A stretch of DNA of 64,000 nucleotides, taken from the human T2T-CHM13v2.0 reference genome, Homo sapiens. This document shows, piece by piece, positions 28,554 to 42,510 of the stretch. The notes below the pieces were generated by a model that saw only the letters and a program-made list of their open reading frames with translations, had not been told where the DNA came from and made no database searches. The translations under genes were made by a program, and so were the position numbers. The stretch lies in the NCBI RefSeq assembly GCF_009914755.1, contig NC_060929.1; one strand, given 5' to 3'. How positions within the stretch are numbered: position 1 is the stretch's first letter; every line of letters starts with the position of its first letter.

Positions 28554-30925
28554 GCTATGTGGGTGCAAAGGCATAAGAATGATACAATGGACTTTGGGGA
28601 CTTGGGGGGAAGGGTGGAAGGAGGCCAAGGGATAAAAGACTCCCAATAGGGTGCAGTGTATACTTCTCGGGTGATGGGTGCACCAGGATCTCACAAATCT
28701 CCACGAAAGAACTTACTCATGTAACCAAATACCACTGTACCCCAATAACCTATGGAAAAATATAAATAGATAAATAAAGAAATCTAAAACAAATGTTTGA
28801 GAATTTTGATAGACCATTCTCTTTTTTGCATATTTTACTTCTTTCTTCTCTTGGGTTCTAAATATATTCTCTAAATTTTACTTTGTTGCTGATGACCAAT
28901 TATAAAAATAACTACAGACCCTATGACCACTGATTATGGCAAACTCTAAACAGTCTGACCCCTTTGTTCATTTCATTAAAACTATAATTTGAGAGAGCAA
29001 ATCAGGCTAAAATTAATAGTGCAGACATATCATTTTGTTAAAGACCTCCTATATCTAAAGCCTATAAATAGAAAGGCTGCATGCCAAGTATGTATTAAAG
29101 CAACTAGGCTGAAAAACAATGTCCTTTAAACTTTTTTTTTTTTAATGCTTCACTTTGCCTCAAAACATCATACAGACTCCCAATAAGAACAACAAAAAAT
29201 CCTAGTTACATTTGAGTGTTATTAAATTAAAATGCATGCACATAAGAAACTAAATTTAAGTAGGTCAATCTCCCCAGGACATATGCTCTAGCCTTAACGT
29301 CTAAAATCTGGTCTGATAATCTCTGCCTATGCAACAGAATATATAAATCAGGAGTTCTCAAATGTTGATGTATAAAAGGGTACTTTGCTACCAGGTGTGT
29401 TTTGTCCATTGGGACATTTTTTTCTTGATTCTCTAAGCTATTCTCCTGAATCATCATATCACCATAATACTACATATCAGAACTGCATTCCTTTTGTTTC
29501 CTGTAAGAATGTCATTTAAAAAAATGTTTAATGTTCATTTCCTGTTTCAACATGAATTATTCTGCCTCAATCACCTGGGGATGTAGCCTATAATTCAGCC
29601 TTTTTATAAGTGAACTGAACATTCTGGTGCAATCTATTCAGCAACCAATCTAGGTATTTATTGTGTCATTGAATCCTCTGCTTTTGCTAGCCTGAGACCC
29701 TTGGGAGGCAAGTTTTACTGTGAAATAAACTATCAAAAATTCTTGGTCAGTTGAACTCAAAACCCCTCTAGTATCACTCCCATACCCTATCCGCATCACA
29801 TGCTGTGTATACTTCCTCTGGCTCTGTTACAATGTATTGCTCCATGCCCTCAACATCTTGACATATTTCTCTCATTATCTCTTTGCCTTATCTATAACTT
29901 GGGTCAAGGAAAAATTGGAGTTGTAAAGGGACTAACAGAAATTAAGAAATAAAGAATTATAACATAATTCTCTGATGGCCCTGTTAAAAGAAAGCTGTTC
30001 GTTCTCCATATTTCCCACACTTTCATAGTTACCAATTAGAATCTTAGTCACGGTTTATCATTCTGTATCATACTTTCAATCCTCGCAAGGGTTGTCATCA
30101 TCCTGGTTGATTCCATTTCTGTATTAATAACTCGCTTTGTAATATAAACTCTCAATTTTCAAGGGAGTTTTGCTTTTTTTCTACTTCTATTTTATTCGAC
30201 AACTTCCATGGACCTAAACTAGCCATGCAGTTTTCAGGAGCCCTGATTCCTCTGTCATATTAAAGATGTTTCACTCTCTGCATATGTTTTTCAATCCCTT
30301 GAGCTCTCTCACGGGAACCGCAAATGCATTTCTTCACCTACCTCATTGAAGCTTTTTCTCTGCCTCTATTCACCTTACCATCTCCTTCCTCCCTATAGTG
30401 TTTTCAATCACTTTCCACTTTCCTCATATTCCCGCCCCTCGCCCCCCATAACCCCTGGCCTTTAACATATTTTCTCTTTGTCCTTTGTGTCTCTTAAAGG
30501 ATAAAGCCTGATCTTGGCTGTGGTGGGAAGAGCAGAATTGTCTGAAAGTGGCAACTTGCCTTTTCTTTCCTGGACAATAAGATGGCTTGTATTAGCGATT
30601 CTCCTCTTAACATGAAGGGCTAAGTCCACATTTAGTTCCTCACACACGTATGACTGCCTTCCTTTGAGTGAAATGACAATAACTTCTCACTGGGCTCAAG
30701 ATCACAAATGCTGGGCAGCTACTTTTCTGTCATCAGCTGGTACAAAGTATAGACTGCCTGGCTCTTAAATTCTAGTTGCTTATTCCCTACAACAAAATCG
30801 TTCTTATGGTCAGCATGGTCTTCGAAAGTCACAGGAAAGACAGGATTATTTTCCTGAGCCATGAGTCCTGGGGAGCATGGAATCACAAAGTTTCCTGTCT
30901 CTGCTTTCTATCTGTCTTTCTAACA

Positions 30926-30950
30926 CTCTCTCTCTGTCTCTCTCTCTCTC

Positions 30951-30998
<48 letters not shown>
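30926..30998. repeat. Compound (CT)n-(CA)~21 microsatellite
   Basis: Interrupted CT run at 30926-30952, then a pure CA run at 30956-30998. Confidence 0.97.
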
Positions 30999-31000
<2 letters not shown>

Positions 31001-32699
31001 TATTAAAGAACATACTTATTTCTCTGCTGCTCTGGATCTTGGATCCACTGTTTAGGCCTGAAAGAAAATCATACCTTTCTATCACCATCATGGCCCAAGA
31101 AAACACTTCTCCCTCTCTTCTTTCTTCTATCTTTACATCAACAGGTGACTGTGTCTAAATGTGTTTGGGTTGCTGCTAATGTGGGAGATTCATTATTTCA
31201 GAATGTAAAGATTTGAGAAGCAGAAATTCCCAGCTGAGATAGAAGATAAATTAATTACATTGTCAATTTTTTTGTCAGATAGCCTGAAGACAATACATTT
31301 TTTGCATGATAAAATATTTTTTCCAAGTAGATCTGAATATTTGTTTGTTTACTTCTCTTGATTCTAGAATTACATAGGATTTGAACAGTGTATAAAACAT
31401 TTATATATATAACCTTTGATAAACATTTTGCAATATTAAGCAATTCATATTTTTCTAAAGTTTGACCATATGTAGATCTAGTCAAAACATGTATGAATCA
31501 TGATACTGATTCTTTAGATTGTCACTACATGGATAAGGAAATTGTACATCTTGAGTAGTTTTATTTTAATACAAATATTTAATAAAATGTAATTAAATTT
31601 TCAAAACTATACAATAGTTTATCCTTATTTAATATTTTTGATAATAGTTAATAAAGGCATGTTTTGTCTTTTAACAAACTAGATAATTTGGAATATTTTA
31701 GAGGAAAAGTAGCCGCTTACCAGCATAGTAATTTTATTTTTATTTTTACATTTACATAATATGTATTATCATTACAAATATAGTCAAAGATTGTACACAT
31801 TAATTCAGTAACATTTTATATTTAATCCTTTGATTAGTGAAAAGTAGTTACACATTGAGATTATGACAGAAATAAAATATGCAAAGATGAAGCTTTTTAA
31901 GAAACTAAAAAAATGTAAATAATTATTTATAAAAGTAGTCTGCTTAACTTTAAAAAGTGGAAGTAATCACAGATATCTGTAACAGATTTCTCTAATAAAA
32001 TTTGTGAATAAGATACATAAAATAATTTATGACAAGAATAATTACCAATAAAGACAGAATTAAATCCAGCCTTCTTGAGTTGTGGATTTAATCAAATAAA
32101 TTTTTCTGCTTGTATTCATTGTTTTGATCAGGCATCTGACATTTTGCTCACTTAAATCATAAACACTATAACTTTGCACATTTTTTTCAACTTGCTATTA
32201 CAAAGGCAAGGTAAAAGAATAATATACATTTAACAATTGTTAGATTAATTAGTGACTTTTAAACATCTGACATATATAAGCCTTGATACCCAAAAAATAT
32301 TAGGGTCAGGATTGCTTATAGTAACATTAGTAAAACAGGCAAAATGCAGAGTTGACTTAGGTTCCCTCTTTGGCACACAAGTCCACTCTGTTTAGCCATT
32401 GGGTCCTAGAACACTTTTCTGTGGGTTAATGGAAAGATTGGGAGGACATACCCTCTTTCCTTTATTGACTCTTGACTTGTAATTTTGACGGTTCCCCCAA
32501 ATATATGTTTTTATACCAGACTGTGTCACATTGCAGAATTTACCCTAGTTGTGGCTGCATGATAATTAACCCAACTCTATGTCGTACCCATACCCATAAC
32601 AGGCTCCAGAACACTAATAAAAGAATCACAGAAGAAAGCATACCAATGTCTGTATGAATCCAAGGTCTCTAACTTCATTTGAGTCATCAGTGTTGCTAA

Positions 32700-33500
32700 T
32701 TAGTTTTCATTTCATAGTTTATTCTTGCTCACATTCTACTCATCAATATAGCAAAGCTTTTTCTCATGCCTCTAGATTTCAGTTCTTCTGCCTCATTCCT
32801 TAGACTGCAAGATGATCTCCCTTTTAACATGGGGAAAGTCAGTTCAGGGGAGATACTGTCAAATGTCTTAAGAAAAACTAAAACATACCTACATTTTCAG
32901 CCAAATTTCCTCCTCTTTGTTATCCTAGAAGTAATGTTTTTTCACTTTCCCTGGATACCATTCTGTCACATATTTGAAAGATTATCAAACTCTTCTATAT
33001 CTTCAACTCTCTCATAGTTCTTTGTCATTAGTTCTGGCACTAAAATAAATTTTACAAAAACTTCCTGTCATCTTACATACTCCTTAAAAAATAAAGATAT
33101 TTTTACATGTTTTCTCTTTCTATTTTTCAATCTTCCTTTTATTCCTCATTTATTACTCACTTCTTATTTTCCCAGTCTATAGAAACTACTCTCATCAAAG
33201 ACACCAGTGACTTCTTACTAGTTTTCAGTTTATACCCCATTTGAATTTTGACAGTTTGAAGAGTAGCACTGCTGACCACTATTCTTTCATAACTCACTAC
33301 GGATCTCTGTCTTCTATAACAAAACATTCTCTACTTTTCTCATTGGATATTTGGCTCCCATCTAAATTCTATCCTCTGGTCTTTTTTATTTGCCATTTTA
33401 ATTTAGGGACACGATTGAGGTCAATTCTAAGTGCTTTTCAGATACTATACATTCTCTCTATACAATCTTATCCATCGTATATATGGCTGTAGATACCAAC
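32700..33500 (+). mobile_element. L2 ORF2-region remnant
   Basis: 'aaactactctcatcaaagacaccagtgacttct', 'cactgctgaccactattc' are typical degenerate L2 RT-region phrases. Confidence 0.55.
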
Positions 33501-33504
33501 AATA

Positions 33505-33645
33505 GCAAAAGTTGGCATATGTTTTCTGCAGAGGGTCAGATTGTAAGTATTTTAAGTTTTTGAGACATATGTTGTCTCTCTCAACTATTCAACTCTGCTA
33601 TTGTAGTAAGAAAGCAGCTCTAGACAATACAATAAAGTGATCAGT
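33505..33645. mobile_element. MER58A-like hAT MITE fragment
   Basis: 'agggtcagattgtaagtattttaag...caactattcaactctgctattgtagtaagaaagcagc...agacaatac'. Confidence 0.75.
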
Positions 33646-35528
33646 TTGACTCAAGTTAGTCCTTTTTATTTCATTTACTGTGCTGGAGGTAATGATCTTA
33701 TTAGCGCTTCCTTGTTTAAAGGCCTTCTATAGACCCCCAATTTAGCAAATACTGAATAGAGCTCACAGAGTCTTTAATTAGGTGGCAATACTTACCTTCA
33801 ACTCAACCTGTTGCCATTTTTATTTTTTAATCTACTCTAGAGTAATAGTGGGAATATTTCTTTTCCACAAGACATTTATGCCTCTATTTGTCTTTATTGT
33901 GGGAGCATCTGCTTTTTTTTTTTTTTTTTTTTTTTTTTGCTTTTGCTTTTATTCTTTTATTTGTTTGGTTTTCTATTCTTACATTTGCTTTTTTTCTTTT
34001 TGTTTTTAATTCCTAATATCTGCCCTAACATATAACAATCATTTAATGGCTCTTTTGTAAATAAATGAATTTTAGTCACATATTTTATAGAAATAACAAA
34101 ACTTAGAAGTTTATATAATATAATCAATTCACACAAAACACATAATTTTGGCTGTAATATTTATCTTGCAATTAATTAAAAGATGCCAAAAGGTCAAATT
34201 TCTATAGAAATATTTTGTATTACTCTTTATAAATCAGAATGTACCTGTTTATGAAAAAATACATTGTCATAATCTTAAACTCATTTGTAATACTTCTGAA
34301 ATTTTCACTAGAAAAGAGATTAAGGAATTGTACATCTATCCATTAACTCTATATAGATAATTTTAATTACACAAAATTTATTTTAATTTTTACACAGGCA
34401 AACTGGGATACCAAAATAACGTCTCCATATAATATTTTTCTTTTTTATTAACATTGAGAATGTCTTACTCTCGTGTAACATCAATTGCATACATGTTCAA
34501 TAAAATAAAATTTATTTTTTTTCACTTCACAATCATGTTAAATTTATTATTTGGAAGTTCCAACTTATGTTAATATTACCAAACTTTCAACAATTTATAA
34601 AGTATCACACACCCTGATGCAATAAACGATTATATGTTCAGAACATCCTAAATGTCTACTTATACTTTTCCTAGTACATTGCTTTAATATGTATTTCAAA
34701 AGTGGCTAACACAGAGTCCATAAAAACCTAGGTATATCTGGCTATCTAGCCAAGCAGGTAGTTCCCATGAAGGGGCTTTAATTTGGTCAAGCCATCATTA
34801 TTTAGGCTTTGGTTCCCAGCATTACCTCATAAATTTAATCTTGTGATCATTAAAGTTCTGATCAGAATTGAGTATGCTAACATATGGTAATGGAGTCACA
34901 AAACTGACCTTTAAAAATGGTATTTTCACTTATTAATTGACATTGAGAATCAGAAGTGCTAAGTAAACTGGTTAATGTAGTTGTTTATCTCTCTTGACAA
35001 AGGGACTTTATGAGAATAAAACTTGGTATTCTTGAAAACAGAATATGGAGAAAATTCTTTGTATGAGTTAAATGTTCAACAACACTAGCCCATTGTACTC
35101 TCGGATGAATAATTTCAGGGAGGTTATCCAGCCTCCAAGGAGAAATGTGCTGCTTTCTTAGGTGAGTATCTAACTCTTTTTAACCTTTATTAGATTACAC
35201 TGAGTTTCTCATTAGATACATGTCCCGCCATTTGCCTGTAAGTTTCTTAGACACCTTTTGAAACTCATCTTTACAAAACTGAAAAATATCGGTAATTTTA
35301 TTGTAGTTGCTAATCAATAAATATTGAACTATGCTTGATGGTTCTAACATGGGATCACAAATGTTAGCCCCCTGAATTCTTTTGCCCATCATATTGTCTT
35401 TTGGGATTCACCATTTTATTTAACATTATAGACTCTGAAATCCCAGAGCAAGGAGATTTTTACATTTTTTATGCCCCAATTTCCAAAGCAAATTTAATCA
35501 CGGAAGTACTTTTCGGTCACACATTTAA

Positions 35529-36042
35529 CCCTTTTCCCGTTTATGAAAAAAAAAAGTGCTGCTCTCTACCAGAGCTCATTTCATTTCACATAAACACACT
35601 CTTGGAGGCTGAAGCAAATATGACTGATTTTTAATGTGAAAATAAAATATAAAAACTGTTCTTGGAGTTATTTCTAAACAGGACTAATCTCAGAATCATC
35701 TGAGTCATCAGAACTGTCTATTTTGAAAAAATCGGATTAATCAAATGAATTTTCGGCCAAAAACTTCCAGAACGATGTTAACATCACGTGTAAAAATGCC
35801 ATGTTTTCCAGGATTTTACATTTTCAGCGATTGAGAATTACTATATTTTGTAAATAGAAATAATCACTACTAAAAACAGAATGCTATAAATAGAATGATG
35901 TCTTTTGTTTTCAAAGTTGATATACTAGAGTGATGAGAAAATAATAGTAAAAGCAAGATATTTCATGGCAAAGTTTTCTCTGGGTAAACATTGCAGCCAC
36001 AAGCACCACTGGTGAGTTTCTCGGGGCAAATGGGGGAAAGGC
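35529..36042 (-). mobile_element. MER75 piggyBac-family non-autonomous transposon, apparently full length
   Basis: TTAA TSD at 35525-35528 and 36043-36046. TIRs cccttttcccgttt / aaatgggggaaaggc. 514 bp between the TTAAs. Confidence 0.9.
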
Positions 36043-36124
36043 TTAATTAATAGAACTCACAAAGTGATAGCCAGTTGTTTAGATCTTCCTCGGATATGTG
36101 CATTTTTGTAATATATTTGCTAAT

Positions 36125-36380
36125 ATTTGAAAATTGGGAGATTTCACATGTATTTAGAATATTCTTTTTTTTCCTAGAAAATGATTGATTAGCAATATTG
36201 GATCTGAATCCAGCATGATAACAATTCTATTGGGCTGCATATTAGCCATTTCTTTCAGAAAGAGGATAAGGAGAATAAACTTTCATGGTCACCACAGTTC
36301 CCAGCACTCCTAATTATATAGTATCTACCCAGACACACTCATTTATGTTACCTGCCTGGCAATTGTGTTTGCTACCCCTG
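36125..36380. mobile_element. MER102-like hAT element
   Basis: 'ttgaaaattgggagatttcacat', 'cactcatttatgttacctgcctggc', terminal 'tttgctacccctg'. Confidence 0.7.
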
Positions 36381-38716
36381 CAATTTAACAATCTCAGATA
36401 AGAAAGTTTTTCACAGTTCACAGTTCATGAAACAATATAGTAGATAATTCCTAAGATCCCTTAAAACACTAAAGTCCATAAAGCTTGAGGTTCCTTGAAC
36501 TGGAAATTATGTCATACTCTGTAAGTTCAATATGTACTTATTTTTCCTAAACTACAAATCCAGGCTTATCTTCTGTTCACAAACACAGTGACACAATTTT
36601 TTAGTATAAAATAAAAAATGAAGGAAATCAGCAGGGAGGTTAACCTAAAACATACTGTACTGTACAGTTTAAGTATCCCAAAGAAGCAGCTCAGACAACT
36701 GCTCAGGCTTCTTTTGTCAAAGACATTCTGCTCATCTCAATAGGCAATTTCCTCTGGGCTTGAGAGGGGATTGGTAAATTATAAAGATGGACATGGGTAG
36801 CCAGAGTCTCCTCTGTTATGTATGGTTTTTGTGACTAGAGGTCTTCAGTATGGAAGCTGAATGCTTGGCTTTATGCTTTAATTCTTGTTTATGACTCACA
36901 CGAGAGACTTTGAGAATCTTGGGAATGCTGACTGAAATATATGTCATGTCTGACAGCATAATGAAATATAAAATAATAATATTATAGACAGCAGAGAAAC
37001 TAAATAGGTAAAAATCACTTATTAAGTCAAAATGTGTAGTTAGGTTAATGGATTTGATTTTATTATTATCCACTTTTCTCACCTCCAACTAAACTTCCTT
37101 AAAAATCACATAAATGTTCCAGAATTAATTCATTCACTGTCACAGAAAGTGTTACCCTAATTATGGAAATATTTTTCATAGTTCAGCAGCTGAGATATAA
37201 GAGCAGACAGATTGAAAGGTAATAAAAGACCTGTCATGTATGCTGGAGGATAATCTAGTTAATTGGTTTCCTTTTTCCTCATTCCTTCTTTTCTCCCTTT
37301 CACTTCTTTCCTTCCTTCATCCTTGCTTGTTCTCTCCATTCTTTCTTCCTTCTTTCCCTTCTCCTTGTCTGTCGTTTTCTTTTATACATTAGTTAGGACT
37401 AGATATTTCCTGTATGCCAGACTGATTTTGAGAATTGGCTGTGAGATTGTGTCTTGCAGGTTTTTAAGAAAGTATTAGATATGGCACATGCAAGGCAGGC
37501 CACCTGCTACACAACTCATCTGGGATTTGGCATATACAGAGAGGCCTCTGGTGTGGATGTGTGGACTGTGTCTCCTCATTTTATCCTTGACTTTTTGGAT
37601 GAATTAGAATTGTCTTTACAGATTTTACTATCCTGTGAGGGTGTCCAGTGTCCAGGAATGACCCAGAAACCTTAGGTTTTCTATAAATGTTGATCTCTGT
37701 TAACTATTCACCTTCTCATAACTTTGAGTTACTGTTGCGAGTAAAGAGGCAAAAATCTGCACGTCATATATTTCTAAGAATGAGAAAATGATAGCTAATT
37801 TAATTAGTGCTACTGGCCAATTCAATACTTAAGTTTGAATTATCACTTTTGGAAATAGTTTATTACCACAAAAGTATACTGTACATTGTTTAAAAAAATT
37901 GTACAACAGAATATAAACCTTCTCTGAGTTATACAGATAAGTAGTACAAAATAGCAGGATAATGATCGGCCACACCTATACATGATACAAGGTTGTGGGA
38001 AATGGGAGAAGTTAGGAAGAAAATTATGGAATAATAGAGATTGTTACTTACCTATTATGCTGTCACTTAAATTTTTCACTTTTATTTAATAATAGCTAAA
38101 AGCTGCGCACATAATCATTGCTATTTAAGATTGGACTCATTTTCCAATATTGTCTCTGCAATTTGCTAAATATTAAGAAAGCCTTATCAACTTTGTGTGA
38201 AATTTTATAATTGATCCCATTTAACATAAATGCGTATATTTAATGAAAGGCAATAATTGTGGCTTGCCACATAAATAATTAGGATATGATTACTTTTAAA
38301 TAATTATTTTCAAATAGCTGTTTTTAAAACAAAAGAATATATTAACATTCAGCAATCATAGATCAGTATTTCAGTTTGAGGTTGAGTTTTCTTCATAGTC
38401 TCCAAAATGGAATCACAGATGGTATTTTAAAATTCGATCTACATGCCATTGTTAAATTATTTTAATACATAAAATTCATTATATTTATTTTAACAAAGTT
38501 GAAAGCATACAAATGAGTCTTTGTTGTACTTAAACTTCATCCAATTGCAAATACAGTTATGTATAGCATATAGAAGAGGATATTACTTAAACGTCCTTTT
38601 TAATTTGTTTTTATTGACTTGAAAATCATGTAACATAAAATTTACCATTTTAAAGTGAATAATTCAGTGGCAATTATTACATTTACAATTATGCAACCAC
38701 CACTTCTATCTGCTTC

Positions 38717-39099
38717 TGTTATAGACTCAATTGTGTTCTCCTCAAATTCATATTTTGAAGACCTAACCCCCAATGTCACTGTGTTTGGAAATAGTGTCTT
38801 TAATTAGGTAATTAAGTTTAAATAAAGTCATAAGTGTAGGGACCTCATTCAAAAGGATGGATGTGCTTATAAGAAAAGGAAAGACACCACAAGCCTGTGT
38901 GGATAGAGAAATGCCCATGGGAGGAAATAGTGAGAAGACAGCTGTTTGCCTGCCAAAGAGAGTGGCATCAGAAGACATCAACCCTGCTGGAATCTTGATC
39001 TTAAAATTCCAGCCTCCCGAGCTGTGATAAAATAAATTTCTGCTGTTTAAGCAACCCAGTCTGTGGTATTTTGTATTACAACCCTATAAGACTAATACA
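38717..39099 (+). mobile_element. MLT1A-like MaLR solo LTR
   Basis: tgttatagactcaattgtg...'aataaatttctgctgtttaagc'...gactaataca. Decayed 5-bp TSD gcttc/aattc. Confidence 0.8.
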
Positions 39100-39349
39100 A
39101 ATTCCAAACGTTTTCATCACCCCAAAATGGGTTACTTTCATAATTAGTCCCTTAACATATTCAACCGTTACTCCCTATTCCCTCTTCCCCCCACCAAGTC
39201 CCTGGCAACCACCAATCCACTTTCTCTATATATTTTCCTATTCTGAATATTTCATATAATATGAAGTATTGTATATGATATTTTATGCCTGACTTCTTTC
39301 ACTTATCACATTTTTAAAGTTTGTCTATGCTGCAGCAAGTATCTGTAAT

Positions 39350-40000
39350 TTGTATGAATTAAATTGTGTGAATCAAAAAGATACGTTGAAGTCTTTGATT
39401 CCAGTACACTTAAATGTGGCATTATTTGAAAATACAGTTATAGTAGATGTAACTATTTGTTAAGATGGCATTATACTGGGGTGGGGTAGATTCTTAATCC
39501 AATATGACTACTGTCTTTTTAAGAAGACAATGTGGAACTGTAAGGAGAGAATGCCATGTGACAACAGAGGCAGAAATTGAAGTTATACAATTGCAAGCTA
39601 AGGAGGAGCAAGGATTGTTAGCAACACCAGAAACTAAGAGAAAGGCATGGAACAGAGGCTTCCTCTAGAGATCTCAAGAAAGCATGACCCTGACAACACC
39701 TAATATTAAACTTCTAGCTTCTAGGATGGTTAGAGAATAAATTTCTATTGTATTAGACCACCTAGCTTATAGTACTTTGTTACAGCAGCCCTAGGAAACT
39801 AATAAAAATTTTGGTACTGGGAAGTAGAATGTTGTTATAACAAGTACATAAAAATATAGAAGTAGCTTTGGAATTGGGTAATGGCTGGTAGCTGGAAGGG
39901 TTTTGAAGCACATGATAGAAGAAGCCTAGATTTCTTTGAAAAGACGAATAATAGAAATAATGCATTGAAAAGTAAATCCCATGAGGTCTCAGAAAGAAAA
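39350..40000 (+). mobile_element. MLT1C-like LTR (to about 39806) plus start of MaLR internal region
   Basis: LTR end 'gcagccctaggaaactaataaa' is followed by internal-start 'ttttggtactggga...gtagctttggaattgggtaatgg'. Confidence 0.75.
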
Positions 40001-41033
40001 GAAATCTTATTGCTTATGTTTTAGTGTCATGTCATATCAAAAAATTTCGTATCAAATCCAAGGTAATGAAGACTTACCCATAAAACCCATGTTTTCTGCT
40101 GGGTTTTATGATTTTAGCTCTTAAATTTAGGCATTGATCCATTTTGAGTTAATTTTTGCATATGTTGTGTGGTTAATTTTTGCATAGTGGAAGTGGTGGT
40201 AAATTTTATTCTTTTGCATGTGGTTATCCAGTTGTTAAAGCACCATTTTTTTGGAAGAAACTATTATTTTCCCATGAACAGATATGGCAAACTTGCTGAA
40301 AATCAATTTGCCATAGATGTATGAGTTTATTTTTGAACTCTCAATTTTATTCCATTGACCTATGTTTGTCTAAGCTTATGCCAGTCTACACTGATTTGAC
40401 TACTGTGATTTGCAGTAAATTGTGAAATCTAGAAGTGTGAGTTATTAAACTCAATTTTCTCTTTTAATATTGTTTTGGATATTTGGAGCCCTTTGCAATG
40501 CCATATTAATTTGATGATTGAATTTTCCTTTTCTGAAAAAAAGGGCATTGGAATTTTGATAGGATTTCAATCGAATCTGGAGATCACTATGGATATTACC
40601 ACTGTATCAATATAAAGTTTTTCAATTCATGAATAGGTAATGTATTTCCAATTATTTAAGACTTTTTTTATTTTGTTAAGCAATGTACAGTTCTTTTTAA
40701 CCAGAGTTTCTATTTGATTTTGTTATATAATTTTTCTCTTTATTAATATTTTCTTTTTTGCACATAATTCTGTTTGTTTCCTTAGATGTTTTGCAATTTT
40801 TATTGAATACTTGGCATTTTAAAAATTACAATAATGACCTAAGTTGGGAAATCAGATACTTTCTCTTTCTCAAGACTTTTTTTTTTTTTGCTATAGCTGT
40901 TTGCTTAGCGATTCTTCTAATTTTTTAAAAATTCTGAATTCCTTGTTGTCTGAAATCTCTACATTTTTTTAACTTGTGTTAGATTAGTGTTTTGAAAGTT
41001 ATTTCCTTGAACACCATTGGTGGAAAGAAGCAA

Positions 41034-41065
41034 GGAAGGAAGGAAGGGAGGAAGGAAGGAAGGAA
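41034..41065. repeat. (GGAA)8 microsatellite with one variant unit
   Basis: GGAA x3, GGGA, GGAA x4. Confidence 0.9.
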
Positions 41066-41079
41066 AAGAAATAAACAAG

Positions 41080-42510
41080 TAAAGAAAAAAGAACCTCTCT
41101 TCTACCAGTTTTTACAGAATGTCTCTCTGCTGGGTCACTTCTGAATGCTTAGGCAACTTACCTCTGCCTTAGCGTTCACTTTCTGCTTTCACTGAGCCCA
41201 GAGGTTAGCAAAAGGCAAAACCTTAATACTGTCTCAGTTCCTTTCTGATATGTATCCTCCCTCGAGCATGCATGTGGCTTTCTAAATTCCCTTGTATACT
41301 CAGGCACAATTGAATGCCCTAATTTCCCAAAGAACCACTCTCACAAGATCTTCCCAGGTTTTTGTACACTATGGTTTGCTTCCATTGTAAACTTGTGCCC
41401 CAAGTGGCTCAGCCTGTTTGTTTGCCTTACACTGTTTTTGAGAAATGCTCAACACTTTTCTGTTCTGACTGACTTCCGAGTCAGGCAAAATATAGAAAAG
41501 CACTTTGCATCAGTCCTTCAGGGAGCATCTAGACTGGTAAGAAAAGGCAGAGAACTGCTCTGTTTCCTCTGGAACGAAGGATCCTGTACTGGGTATGTGG
41601 GCTGCTGTTTTCAATAGTACCATGTGGAGAATAGAGGTAGCAAAAGGGTAAATCAAAATGTCACAATTTTTTCTCCATTTTAAGTGGTCTTCTCTTGATT
41701 CAGTGTTTTATTATTATTATTATGAATGCATCTCCTTGTTTTTTTTCTCTTCCTAATAACCTTTACATAAAGGCTGGACATTGTAGATGATACAATAAGG
41801 AAGTCTAGATTATGTTGCTTTTCTTTAAAAACAATTGAATTATGCTTTTGTATAAGTTCAAATTACAGAGGGGAATTTTTTTGTTCTTGTGAGTATTGTT
41901 GGTGCATTTGCGTGTCTGTGTGTTTAGTTTTTTCATTGGTACTAGGGCAAAATTCTTACACTAGAGGCTAATACCCAGGATCTTTGATGTTTCAATGCAC
42001 TGAGGGAGGTCTCTCAATTCTGATTTGGCCAAAACTCTGATATCACTCCGGAATGCACAACCTCTATTCCCTATTTTCAGATCTCAGCCCCTCAGTAGTG
42101 GTTTCTGCAAAGTCTTGAATATTTTCACCATGTGCATATGTAGGAACTGTGGACAGTCTTCACATAAATATCTAGCCTCTTCATTTGAGTAGTTTTCTGT
42201 TCTTTTCTACCCTATCCAGCTATTTCAGCAGTCTGTAACTCATCTCTAACTCCTGAGCTCTATAAAACCAACTTGCTCTATTAGTGGTCCATTTCTTGGA
42301 CATTTCTGAATGTACCACAAAGCCAAAATTGTAGTAAATCTAGAGTCCTTCTTAATAATTTCCCTTATGTCAAGTATCATAGTCCTTTGCTGTCTGTTGT
42401 CTGATGCCAAAGGAAAAATTGCCTCATATAATTTGTTCATTTTTTTAGCTATATACAATGGAAGGGCAAATCCAGTATCATTTTCTTTGTTATGGCCATA
42501 AGTGGAAAGT
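41080..42510 (-). mobile_element. Ancient L1M 5' region fragments
   Basis: The reverse complement of about 42380-42450 resembles the L1M 5' sequence at about 13380-13450. Confidence 0.5.

Larger units (their letters stand above)
38595..41000 (-). mobile_element. L1MB-type 3' region, fragmented by two MaLR insertions
   Basis: 'aacataaaatttaccattttaaagtg', 'ccctggcaaccaccaatccac', and antisense ORF2 'ttgatccattttgagttaatttttg'. Confidence 0.75.

Noticed and set aside
28596-28631. G-quadruplex-like G tracts
   Set aside because: Standard L1 3'UTR G-rich tract, explained by the element.
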